Of a stretch of DNA of 64,000 nucleotides, positions 9,197 through 17,526 are shown piece after piece. Source of the DNA: an uncultured Chloroflexia bacterium (GTDB lineage Bacteria; Chloroflexota; Limnocylindria; Limnocylindrales; CSP1-4); NCBI GenBank assembly GCA_963713285.1, contig CAVQLA010000003.1, forward strand, positions 4,514 to 68,513, in the 5' to 3' direction. Each line of letters opens with the position of its first letter. Within the stretch, counting starts at the first letter, position 1. A program made the position numbers and the translations under genes. The notes beneath the pieces are model-generated. The model made no database searches and was not told where the DNA came from. It was given only the letters and a program-made list of their open reading frames with translations.

Positions 9197-11731
9197 ATGG
9201 ACCCGGGCGAGATCGGCGCCCCGGTGGACGTCGCGGCGGACCCGGTGCCGGACCCGGTGCCGGTCCCGGAGCAACCCCCGGGCAGCCTCGGGCTCCTCCC
9301 CGGGGAACCCGGGACACGCCACGTCGAGGTCGCGATCGACGCGACGGGCATCGCGGGAGCGCGCACGTGGACCTACGCGGTCCCGGCCGCGCTCGGCGAC
9401 GTGGTGGCCGGCGAGGCGGTCCTCGTCGAGTGGGGCCGGCGCCGCGCGCTCGGCATCGTCCTCGGCGACGCGGCGCGGCCCGACGGCGTCACGCCACGCC
9501 CCCTGGTGGCGCGGGTCCGGGCGGACGGGCCGCTCCTGCCACCCCTGTCGCTCGCGCTGGCGCGCGGCATCGCCCAGCACTACCTCGCCCCGTCCGCGCT
9601 CGTGATCCGGGCGATGCTGCCCCCAGGGCTCCTGGAGCGGCTCGACCTGGTGGCGACGGCCCTCGCCGGGCCGCAGGCCGGCGACGAGGCGGCGACCGTC
9701 GCCCTGCTGGACGCGCTCGCGGCCGGCCCGCGACCCCTGCGCGCCCTGCCCGTCGCCGAGAGCCGGCCGGCCACGCTGCGCCGCCTCCGGTCACTCGAGC
9801 GGTCCGGCCGGGTCCACCTGGAGTGGACGCTCGGGGCGGCGGGGGCGCTGCCCCGCTACGAGCGCTGGGCCACCGCCACGCCGGCGGGCCTGGCCGTCGC
9901 AGCGGGCGGCCGCCCGTCCGATCGACGGGCGCTCGGGGCGCGCCAACGCGCCGTCCTGCAGGAGCTGGCCCCCGCCGGGGACGCCGGCGTCGCGGCCGCG
10001 GCGCTGGCCGCGCGGCACGGCTCGGGCAGCCTTGCCTCGCTCGCCCGGCGCGGCCTCGTGGAGCTCCGGACGCAGGAGCGCGTGCGCGACCCGCTCGCGG
10101 TGCGCGCCGCGGGTCGACGGGGCGCCCGCCCGGCGGGCGCCGACCTCTCGCCGGCGCAGGCGGCCGCGGTCGCGCTGATCGCGGCGGCCCGCGAGGCACA
10201 CGATCCGACACCCCTCCTCCTCGACGGGCCGACCGGCGCCGGCAAGACGGCGGTGTACGCGGAGGCGATCGCGGCCTCTCTCGCCGCCGGCCGCCCGGCC
10301 CTCGTCCTCGTCCCGGAGATCGCGCTGGCGCTTCCGCTCGTCGACCGGCTGCGGGCCGACCTCGGCGCGGAGGTCGCCGTCGTTCACTCGGGACTCGGGG
10401 AGGGGGAGCGCGCCGACGCCTGGCGGCGGATCCGGGCCGGGGCCATCGACGTGGTGGTCGGGACGCGGACGGCGGTCCTCGCCCCGCTTGCCGACGTGGG
10501 CCTCGTCGTGGTCGACGAGGAGCACGAGGCGACGTACAAGAGCGACCGGACACCCCGCTTCCAGGCCCGCGATGTCGCCGTCCGCCTGGCCGCCCTGGCG
10601 GGAGCCGCCGTCATCCTGGGGAGCGCGACGCCGTCGGTGGAGTCCGAAGGGCGCGCGCGCCTGGGCCGGCACCGCCGGGCGACCCTCCCGGAGCGCGTGG
10701 CGGGCGTGCCACCGGTCGTGGAGCTGGTCGACCTGCGCGACGAGCTGGCGGCCGGGAACCGCGGCCTGCTCTCCGCGCGGCTCGTGACGCGCCTGGCCGC
10801 GCTCGACCGGGACGCCGGCGACCGCGCGATCCTCGTCATCAACCGGCGGGGGGCCGCGTCGGCGGTGCTCTGTCGGGACTGCGGCCACGTGCAGGCGTGT
10901 CCCGAGTGCACGCGGCCGCTCGTCTTCCACCACGCCGGCATGACCCTGCGCTGCCACCACTGCGGCGCGGCCGCGCCGATGGCGTCCCGCTGCCCGGCCT
11001 GCCGGTCGCCGCGGATCCGCTACCTGGGGGGCGGCACGGAGCGCCTGGAGGCGGAGGTCCGCGATCGATTCCCGGGCCTGCGTGTCGCGCGGCTCGACCG
11101 GGACGTGGTCGAGCGGCGCGGCGCCGCCGAGCGGGTGGTCGACGCCTTCTCCGACGGACGCGTCGACGTGCTCGTCGGTACGAGCCTGGTGACCAAGGGT
11201 CTCGACATTCCCGAGGTCACCCTCGTCGGGGTGGTCTCCGCGGACGTCGCCCTGACGCTGCCCGACGAGCGCGCCGCGGAGCGCACCTACCAGCTGCTCG
11301 CGCAGGCGATCGGGCGCGCCGGCCGGGGAGTCCGGGCCGGCCACGCGATCGTGCAGACATACCAGCCCGAGCACCCGGCGATCCGCGCGGTGGTGACGGG
11401 CGACGCGGCCGCCTTCTACGACGCGGAGCTCGCGGCGCGCGAGCGCTTCGGGGCGCCGCCCTTCGGCGCCACCATCAAGCTGACCGTCGGCCTGGAGGAC
11501 CTCGAGGCGGCCCGGGCTGCCGGTCGCGAGATGGCCGAGCGCCTCCGCGCGCGGGCTCGGGACCGGGGGATCGCGGCGGCGGTGGCCGGCCCCGCCCCCG
11601 CCTACGTGCCGCGCCGCGCGGGTCGCTGGCGGTTCAACGTGGTCCTGCGCGCGACCGACCCCCGCGCCGTGCTCGACGACGATCCGGGCCCGCCCTGGTC
11701 GGTCGACGTCGACCCGGAGACCCTGCTGTAG
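9197..11731 (+). CDS. priA: primosomal protein N' (replication restart helicase)
   Basis: Helicase motifs (LLDGPTGAGKT, VVDEEHE) and a Cys-rich Zn insert (CRDCGHVQACPECTRPLVFHH..CHHCG..CPAC). ATG 9197 (aa 165 of ORF 8705) lies 6 nt after the gmk stop. Confidence 0.9.
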   Translation: MDPGEIGAPVDVAADPVPDPVPVPEQPPGSLGLLPGEPGTRHVEVAIDATGIAGARTWTYAVPAALGDVVAGEAVLVEWGRRRALGIVLGDAARPDGVTPRPLVARVRADGPLLPPLSLALARGIAQHYLAPSALVIRAMLPPGLLERLDLVATALAGPQAGDEAATVALLDALAAGPRPLRALPVAESRPATLRRLRSLERSGRVHLEWTLGAAGALPRYERWATATPAGLAVAAGGRPSDRRALGARQRAVLQELAPAGDAGVAAAALAARHGSGSLASLARRGLVELRTQERVRDPLAVRAAGRRGARPAGADLSPAQAAAVALIAAAREAHDPTPLLLDGPTGAGKTAVYAEAIAASLAAGRPALVLVPEIALALPLVDRLRADLGAEVAVVHSGLGEGERADAWRRIRAGAIDVVVGTRTAVLAPLADVGLVVVDEEHEATYKSDRTPRFQARDVAVRLAALAGAAVILGSATPSVESEGRARLGRHRRATLPERVAGVPPVVELVDLRDELAAGNRGLLSARLVTRLAALDRDAGDRAILVINRRGAASAVLCRDCGHVQACPECTRPLVFHHAGMTLRCHHCGAAAPMASRCPACRSPRIRYLGGGTERLEAEVRDRFPGLRVARLDRDVVERRGAAERVVDAFSDGRVDVLVGTSLVTKGLDIPEVTLVGVVSADVALTLPDERAAERTYQLLAQAIGRAGRGVRAGHAIVQTYQPEHPAIRAVVTGDAAAFYDAELAARERFGAPPFGATIKLTVGLEDLEAARAAGREMAERLRARARDRGIAAAVAGPAPAYVPRRAGRWRFNVVLRATDPRAVLDDDPGPPWSVDVDPETLL

Positions 11732-11804
11732 GGGGCCGGCCGCCGTGCCGGCGCGGCGCCGTGGGCCGCGGCACGGCGCCGGTGCGGAGGAGTCCATCTG
11801 CCTC

Positions 11805-11834
11805 TTGGCTGACCCGCTCCGCCCGCCCGACAAT
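11805..11834 (+). promoter_or_regulatory. promoter-like TTGGCT-N18-GACAAT
   Basis: It lies ~25 nt upstream of ATG 11859, with the GGAGGA SD between them. Confidence 0.35.
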
Positions 11835-11858
11835 GGCGCCTGCAGGAGGATTCGACCG

Positions 11859-12329
11859 ATGACCGACCAGACGAGCACGACTCCCGGGCCGGAGCCCGAC
11901 CCGGAATCCACGGACGCGCGGCCGGCCGAGCCCGCCGGCGAGCCGGCGCGCGAGTGGGAGCCAGCCGCCGAGGCGCACGGCACGCAGGGCCGCGAGTGGC
12001 TCGCGCAGCTCCAGCAGATGATCGACCGGGTCACCGCGGAGGCGGCCCCCGTCGCCCGTGACGTGGCTGTCAAGGCAGCCGAGCTCGCCGCCGTGGCCGG
12101 CGAGAAGGCAGGTCCCTTCGCGCGCCGAGCGGCCGAGGTCACCGAGGACGTCGGGACCAAGGTCGCCGAGCGCTCCCGGCGCTTCGCGGACGACGTTCGC
12201 CACCGCGGCGCCGAGAGCGGTGTGCCGCCGTGGGAGGCGGCAGGCGGCGCGGCCGGCGAGGAAGCGGCGCCTGCGGCACCGCAGCCCGGGGCAGCGCCGA
12301 CGGAGGAGCCCCAGGGGCCGCCTGCCTGA
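11859..12329 (+). CDS. hypothetical protein (Pro/Glu-rich ends, Ala-rich amphipathic helices)
   Basis: The ATG is preceded by a GGAGGA SD. Central helices read REWLAQLQQMIDRVTAEAAPVARDVAVKAAELAAVAGEKA. No family recognised. Confidence 0.55.
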   Translation: MTDQTSTTPGPEPDPESTDARPAEPAGEPAREWEPAAEAHGTQGREWLAQLQQMIDRVTAEAAPVARDVAVKAAELAAVAGEKAGPFARRAAEVTEDVGTKVAERSRRFADDVRHRGAESGVPPWEAAGGAAGEEAAPAAPQPGAAPTEEPQGPPA

Positions 12330-12395
12330 GCTGCGCCCGCGCCTGGGCTGTGCCCGCGCCCGGGGCCGCGCCCGGGGTCTCCGCGGGCGGTCCCG

Positions 12396-12401
12396 TATAC
12401 T
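12396..12401 (+). promoter_or_regulatory. -10-like TATACT placed for a leaderless def mRNA
   Basis: cccgTATACTcgggccATG: six nt separate the hexamer from the A of the def ATG, and there is no SD. Confidence 0.45.
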
Positions 12402-12407
12402 CGGGCC

Positions 12408-12965
12408 ATGAGCGTCCTCCCGGTTCTCACGCTCGGCGATCCCCGGCTGCGCCTCAGGGGCGAGCCCGTCGAGAGCTTCGGCAAGCTGCTCCATCACCTG
12501 CTCGACGACCTGACCGACACGATGCGCCACGCACCCGGCGTCGGGCTGGCGGCGCCGCAGCTGGGCGAGGCCCTGAACGTGGCCGTCGTCGAGGTCGGGG
12601 ACCGGCTCCTGGAGCTCGTCAACCCGCGCATCGTCCGCGCGGAAGGCGACGACCGCGACCTCGAGGGGTGCCTCTCGATCCCCGGGTTCGTGGCCTACGT
12701 CACGCGCCGCGAACACGTCTGGGTCGTCGCCCAGAACCGGGCGGGCCGCAAGTACAAGGTGGCCGGCAGCGGGCTCCTCGGCCGCGCCCTGCAGCACGAG
12801 CTCGACCACCTGCAGGGCAAGCTCTACATCGACTACCTCGCCTCGCCGGACGAGCTGATCCCGGTCGGCCACGGCGGCGACGACGAGGACGACCACGACG
12901 TCGACGCCGAGCTCGAGCGCCGCGGGATCGACCCCCAGACGGCGAGGGCGGTCTCGCGCGGCTGA
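12408..12965 (+). CDS. def: peptide deformylase
   Basis: Catalytic motifs GVGLAAPQ, EGCLSIPG, QHELDHL. Confidence 0.95.
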   Translation: MSVLPVLTLGDPRLRLRGEPVESFGKLLHHLLDDLTDTMRHAPGVGLAAPQLGEALNVAVVEVGDRLLELVNPRIVRAEGDDRDLEGCLSIPGFVAYVTRREHVWVVAQNRAGRKYKVAGSGLLGRALQHELDHLQGKLYIDYLASPDELIPVGHGGDDEDDHDVDAELERRGIDPQTARAVSRG

Positions 12966-12966
12966 C

Positions 12967-13920
12967 GTGGAGCGCGCCCGGACGGTCTTCTTCGGGTCCG
13001 GCGCCTTCGCCGTCCCCATCCTCGACGCGGTGCTCGCCGCCCCCGGCCTGGCGCTCGTGGCGGTCGTGACGGCGCCGCCGCGCCCGGCCGGCCGGCGGGC
13101 CCGGCCGCTGGCGACGCCGGTGGCAGCGCGCGCGGCGGCGCTCCCCGTCCCGGTGCTCACGCCCGATCGTCTGCGCGACCCGGCGTTCATCGCCTCTTTG
13201 GCGGGGCTGGCGCCCGATGTCGGCGTCCTGGCGGACTACGGGAAGATCCTCCCGGGCCCGGTGCTGGACCTGCCGCCGCACGGCATCCTGAACCTCCACC
13301 CGTCGCTCCTGCCGCGCCACCGCGGCGCGACGCCGATCCCCGCCGCGATCCTCGCCGGCGACCGGGAGACGGGGGTCTCGCTCTTCCGGATGGACCCCGG
13401 GATGGACACCGGCCCGCTCGTCGCCGTCGAGGCTGCGGGCCTCGATCCCGGGGAGGATGCCCCCTCCGCCGAGGAGCGCCTCGCCGAGCTGGCGGCCGGT
13501 CTCCTGCTTCGTTCGATCGGCCCCTACCTGCGCGGGGAGCTCCCCCCGCACGCCCAGCCGGGGGAGGGCGTCACGGTCACGCGGCCCCTGGTCCGCGAGG
13601 ACGGGCGCCTGGACCCGCGCCGCCCGGCGACGGAGCTCGAGCGGCGGGTTCGCGCCCTCCGTCCGTGGCCGGGGACCTTCCTGGAGATCGACGACGGCCG
13701 GCTGGCCGTGCTCGGGGCCGCGGTCGGGGAGGGGAGCGCCGGAGACGTGGCTGGAACGATCGCCGCCGATGGGTCGGGTGTGGCCCTCGCGACGGCCGAT
13801 GGCCGGCTGCGGCTCCTCGAGGTGCGGCCGGCCGGGGGTCGCCCGATGGACGGTGCCGCGTACCGGCGCGGACGGCCCGCGGTGGTCGGCGCGCGGGTGG
13901 TCGGGCCGCGGGTAGGATGA
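12967..13920 (+). CDS. fmt: methionyl-tRNA formyltransferase
   Basis: Formyltransferase core (HPSLLPRHRGATPI) plus a C-terminal domain. GTG start lies 1 nt after the def stop, the canonical def-fmt pair. Confidence 0.93.
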   Translation: MERARTVFFGSGAFAVPILDAVLAAPGLALVAVVTAPPRPAGRRARPLATPVAARAAALPVPVLTPDRLRDPAFIASLAGLAPDVGVLADYGKILPGPVLDLPPHGILNLHPSLLPRHRGATPIPAAILAGDRETGVSLFRMDPGMDTGPLVAVEAAGLDPGEDAPSAEERLAELAAGLLLRSIGPYLRGELPPHAQPGEGVTVTRPLVREDGRLDPRRPATELERRVRALRPWPGTFLEIDDGRLAVLGAAVGEGSAGDVAGTIAADGSGVALATADGRLRLLEVRPAGGRPMDGAAYRRGRPAVVGARVVGPRVG

Positions 13921-13927
13921 GGCCCCG

Positions 13928-15205
13928 ATGACCGAGTCGACGATCGCCGCCGCCCCGCCCGCCACCGGCGCCCTGCCGGAGGCGCCGGCCGTCCGCGACC
14001 CCCTGCCGGGCATCGGCGGCCTCGCCTCGGACGAGGTCGCGGCGCTTCTGAGCGAGCTCGGCGAGCCGGCCTTCCGCGCCCGGCAGGTCGCCGATGCGGC
14101 CTGGCGCTCGACGGCGGCCGGCTGGGACGAGGTGACGACGCTCGCCCGGCCCCTCCGGACGGCGCTCGAGGAGCGGGTCCTGTTCGACACGGTCGCCGCG
14201 ACCACGGTCCGGCCGGCCGACGCCGGCGCGACGGAGAAGGCGCTCCATCGCCTGGCGGACGGCCGGCTCGTGGAGTCGGTCCTGATGCACTACCCGGCGG
14301 GCGCCGGGCGCCGGGAGCGGAACACGCTGTGCATCAGCAGCCAGGCCGGCTGCGCGGTCGGCTGCCCCTTCTGCGCCACCGGGGAGCTGGGGTTCGAGCG
14401 CGACCTCGACGTCGCGGAGATCGTCGACCAGGCGCGCCACGCGCGGCGCCGGCTCGCCGCCGCCGACCGGCACCTGACCAACGTCGTCTTCATGGGGATG
14501 GGCGAGCCGCTGCTCAACCTGGATGCCGTCCTCGGGGCGGCCGCGGCGCTCACCGATCCCGCCCGCTTCGGCCTCGGCGCCCGGCACCTCACCGTCTCGA
14601 CCTCGGGTGTCGTCCCGGCCATCGAACGGCTGACCCGGCTGCGGCCGCAGTGGACCCTCGCGATCAGCCTTCACGCCGCGCGCGACTCGCTCCGCGACCT
14701 GCTGGTGCCCCTCAACCGGCGGTGGCCCGTGGCGGACGTGGTGGCCGCGGCGCGCGCCTACGGACAGGAGACCGGCCGGCGCCTCAGCTACGAGTACGTG
14801 ATGATCGACGGGATCAACGACACGCCCGCCGACGCCGACGCCGTCGTCCGTCTCCTGCGCGGCTCCGGCGCCCACGTCAACTGCATCCCGATGAACCCGG
14901 TGGCCCATACGCCGTGGCGCGCCAGCCCGCCCGAGCGCATCGCCGCCTTCTCGGCGCGGCTCCGGGCCGGTGGCCTCGGCGTCACCGTCCGCCGGAACCG
15001 CGGGCAGGAGGTGGGCGCGGCGTGCGGCCAGCTGGCCGCGGAGCAGTCCGGGGAGCCGCCGGCACCCGTGGTCGCGCGGCGCCGGGAGCGCCTCGTTGCC
15101 GAGTCGGCGGCGGCACTGCGCGGCGAGCGGAGCGCCGAGCCGGCGCCGGCAGGGCTGGCGGCCACGCCGCCCGCCCCGGGCCGGCGCGCACGGGGAACGC
15201 GCTGA
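13928..15205 (+). CDS. rlmN: 23S rRNA/tRNA (adenine-C2)-methyltransferase, radical SAM
   Basis: Radical-SAM CAVGCPFCATG and GMGEPLLN motifs. There is a ~50-aa low-complexity C-terminal tail. GAGG SD before the ATG. Confidence 0.92.
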   Translation: MTESTIAAAPPATGALPEAPAVRDPLPGIGGLASDEVAALLSELGEPAFRARQVADAAWRSTAAGWDEVTTLARPLRTALEERVLFDTVAATTVRPADAGATEKALHRLADGRLVESVLMHYPAGAGRRERNTLCISSQAGCAVGCPFCATGELGFERDLDVAEIVDQARHARRRLAAADRHLTNVVFMGMGEPLLNLDAVLGAAAALTDPARFGLGARHLTVSTSGVVPAIERLTRLRPQWTLAISLHAARDSLRDLLVPLNRRWPVADVVAAARAYGQETGRRLSYEYVMIDGINDTPADADAVVRLLRGSGAHVNCIPMNPVAHTPWRASPPERIAAFSARLRAGGLGVTVRRNRGQEVGAACGQLAAEQSGEPPAPVVARRRERLVAESAAALRGERSAEPAPAGLAATPPAPGRRARGTR

Positions 15206-16203
15206 TGGGTGACGGACGAGCCCTCATCGCGGCCAGCATCCTCAACGCCGACCTCGCCAACCTCGCCCGCGAGGTGCGGCGGGCCGTCAAGGCCGGGGCG
15301 GACCGGATCCACCTCGATGTGATGGACGCCCGGTTCGTCCCCAACCTGACGTTCGGGTGGACGACGATCGCCCACCTGCGCCCGGTGACCCGGAGCCCCT
15401 TCGACGCGCACCTGATGATCGCGGAGCCGGGCCGCTGGCTCGACGACTTCCTGGCCGCCGGCTGCGACTCGATCACGATTCACGTGGAGGTCGAGGAGCC
15501 GATCGAGCCCATCCTGCGGCGGATCAAGGCCGCGGGCCGGGCGGCGGGGCTCGCGATGCGCCCCGGGACGCCCATGGCCGCCCTTGAGCCGTATCGCCAC
15601 CTCCTCGACATCGTGATGGTGATGACGGTGGAGCCCGGCTTCGGCGGCCAGGTCTTCATGCGCGAGGTCGCGGAGGCGAAGATCCCGGCCGCGCGGCGGC
15701 TGCTCGCCGACAAGCCGTGGGGCGGCGAGGTCCACGTCGACGGCGGCGTGAACCGGGAGACCGCCGAGATCGTCGGCGGGCTGGGGGCGGACGTGCTCGT
15801 CGCGGGGAGCGCCCTCTTCGCCCGGGGTCGCAACCCGGCGCGGGAGGTTCGCCTCATGCGAGCCCTCGCCGACGAGGGGTTCGCCGTGGAGCTCAACGAC
15901 GGGATCCCTCCCGAGCCCCGCGACCAGATGGCGCGGTTCGCGAGCCTGCCGCGCCCCCTCGCGGAGCAGCTCCGCGACGAGATCGAGGCAGCCGGCGTCC
16001 CGGTCGTGATGTTCCGCGCCGCCGGCGCGGCCGACCCGGACGGTCCCCGGGCGATGGACCTGCTCGTCCCGCGCGGTGCCGCCGCCTGGGTGGAGGAGCG
16101 GTTCGGTGCCCGCCGCGACACGCTTGGCGCCACGGCGACCGCCACCGGCGCAGGGCCGGACGAGGACCCGGACCCGAACCCGGGCCCCGCGGATCGCCCC
16201 TGA
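15205..16203 (+). CDS. rpe: ribulose-phosphate 3-epimerase with ~105-aa C-terminal extension
   Basis: Rpe barrel motifs (HLDVMDARFVPN, MTVEPGFGGQ, VDGGV, VAGSALF) occupy aa 1-~222, followed by extra sequence to aa 332. The ATG shares its A with the rlmN TGA. Confidence 0.9.
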   Translation: MGDGRALIAASILNADLANLAREVRRAVKAGADRIHLDVMDARFVPNLTFGWTTIAHLRPVTRSPFDAHLMIAEPGRWLDDFLAAGCDSITIHVEVEEPIEPILRRIKAAGRAAGLAMRPGTPMAALEPYRHLLDIVMVMTVEPGFGGQVFMREVAEAKIPAARRLLADKPWGGEVHVDGGVNRETAEIVGGLGADVLVAGSALFARGRNPAREVRLMRALADEGFAVELNDGIPPEPRDQMARFASLPRPLAEQLRDEIEAAGVPVVMFRAAGAADPDGPRAMDLLVPRGAAAWVEERFGARRDTLGATATATGAGPDEDPDPNPGPADRP

Positions 16204-16650
16204 ATGCGGGCCCTGCTGCAGCGCGTCGCGCGGGCCGAGGTGCGCGTCGACGGCGAGGTGGTCGGGTCGATCGGGCGCGGCCTCCTCGTCCTGCTGGGCG
16301 TCGCCCCCGACGACCGACCCGCGGTCGCCGACGCGATGGCGCGGCGGATCGTGGAGCTGCGGATCCACGAGGATGCCGACGGGCGAACGAACCTGGCCCT
16401 CGGCGACGTGGGCGGCGCGGTCCTCGCGGTGAGCCAGTTCACGCTGTACGCGGACACGCGGCGCGGGCGGCGCCCCGGCTTCACGGGGGCGGCCGAGCCG
16501 GGCCATGCCGAGGCGATCTACGAGCGCTTCTGCGCGGCCGTGGAGGAGCTGGGCGTGGTGACGGCCCGCGGGCGGTTCGGCCGCGCGATGGAGGTCGAGC
16601 TCGTCAACGACGGGCCGTTCACCATCTGGCTCGACTCCGCCGATCGCTGA
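16204..16650 (+). CDS. dtd: D-aminoacyl-tRNA deacylase
   Basis: MRALLQRV, SQFTLYAD and NDGPFT motifs. The ATG abuts the rpe stop. Confidence 0.93.
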   Translation: MRALLQRVARAEVRVDGEVVGSIGRGLLVLLGVAPDDRPAVADAMARRIVELRIHEDADGRTNLALGDVGGAVLAVSQFTLYADTRRGRRPGFTGAAEPGHAEAIYERFCAAVEELGVVTARGRFGRAMEVELVNDGPFTIWLDSADR

Positions 16651-16697
16651 CGCTCGGGGGCGCGTCGCCCGCGGTCGACGGGCGCCGGACATGCGAC

Positions 16698-16725
16698 GGC
16701 CCGGTCGCGGATCGCGGACCGGGCC
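16698..16725. terminator. hairpin between convergent dtd and rpmB
   Basis: GGCCCGGTCGCG..CGCGGACCGGGCC, an imperfect ~12-bp stem with one bulge and no U tract. It could serve both strands. Confidence 0.3.
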
Positions 16726-16762
16726 GGTGGAGGCGGGGTGCCGGGTGCGGACCCGGCGCTCG

Positions 16763-16960
16763 TCAGCGGGACTTCTTCGTCTGGGTCCGCTTGCAGCGGG
16801 TGCACACCAGCTTGCGGGTCACCACGCCACCCTCGACGACGGCGAGCGTCTGGAGGTTGGGCTGGTAGCGCCGGTGGGCACGGACGCGGTTCATCCCGCT
16901 CGACTGCGGGTTGAAGCCGCTCATCGCGACCTTGCCGCAGATCGCGCAGCTACGGGCCAT
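16763..16960 (-). CDS. rpmB: 50S ribosomal protein L28
   Basis: 65 aa, MARSCAICGK...NRVRAHRRYQPNLQ, the bL28 pattern. Confidence 0.93.
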   Translation of the reverse strand: MARSCAICGKVAMSGFNPQSSGMNRVRAHRRYQPNLQTLAVVEGGVVTRKLVCTRCKRTQTKKSR

Positions 16961-17060
16961 CAGGTTCCTCAGGGTGCGGTGACGTGGTCTCGGGACGGGC
17001 GCCGCCCGCCGCTCGGGAGGCCGGCACGCCGAAGCGCCGCCGGAGCGCCCCCGGGGAGGC

Positions 17061-17070
17061 TGTATGCTAG
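17061..17070. promoter_or_regulatory. overlapping divergent -10-like boxes (TGTATGCT toward asp23, TAGCAT toward rpmB)
   Basis: TGTATGCTAG is the only AT-rich patch in the rpmB/asp23 divergent region. Confidence 0.3.
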
Positions 17071-17115
17071 CACATCGTTCCGTCGCCGCCCGCCCAGACC
17101 GGAGGTCCGACCCGC

Positions 17116-17526
17116 ATGCCCGATGCGCCGCCGCGTCCCGCCGTCCCGGGCCAGGCGCTGGTGACGCGCCGTGCCCTCGTCGAGATCGTGCGGACGGCGG
17201 TGCTCGGAAGCTACGGCGTCATGGGCCTCGACCAGTCGTTTCTCAGCCGGCTCGGGCTGGGCCGGCCGCCGATCCGGGTGGGCCTCCGCCCGGAGGTCAC
17301 CGTGGACGTGCGCCTGACGATCGCGTACGGGCTCCCGGTCGCGGAGGTCGCCCGCCAGGTCGACTCCGCGGTGCGCTATGCCCTGCGCCGGGCGCTGGGG
17401 CGCGACGTCAGCGCCGTGACCATCCACGTCGAGGGTCTCGCGGCCGGGCCGTTCACGACCACGGGCGTCGCCGCCCCGGCGAAGGCCGACGCCGCGCCGG
17501 GCGATCCCGGCGAGGACGCCACGTAG
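17116..17526 (+). CDS. Asp23/Gls24-family protein (YloU-like)
   Basis: ALVEIVRTAVLGSYGV...VDVRLTIAYGLPVAEVARQVDSAVRYAL. It precedes a DAK2 protein, as in Bacillus yloU-yloV. GGAGG SD. Confidence 0.85.
   Translation: MPDAPPRPAVPGQALVTRRALVEIVRTAVLGSYGVMGLDQSFLSRLGLGRPPIRVGLRPEVTVDVRLTIAYGLPVAEVARQVDSAVRYALRRALGRDVSAVTIHVEGLAAGPFTTTGVAAPAKADAAPGDPGEDAT

Noticed and set aside
13907-13918. The 12-mer cgcgggtaggat is shared between the ileS upstream region (3479-3490) and the fmt 3' end, suggesting an internal promoter for rlmN.
   Set aside because: Identical 12-mers are expected by chance in 64 kb of biased composition. rlmN also has a normal GAGG SD and is probably coupled to fmt.
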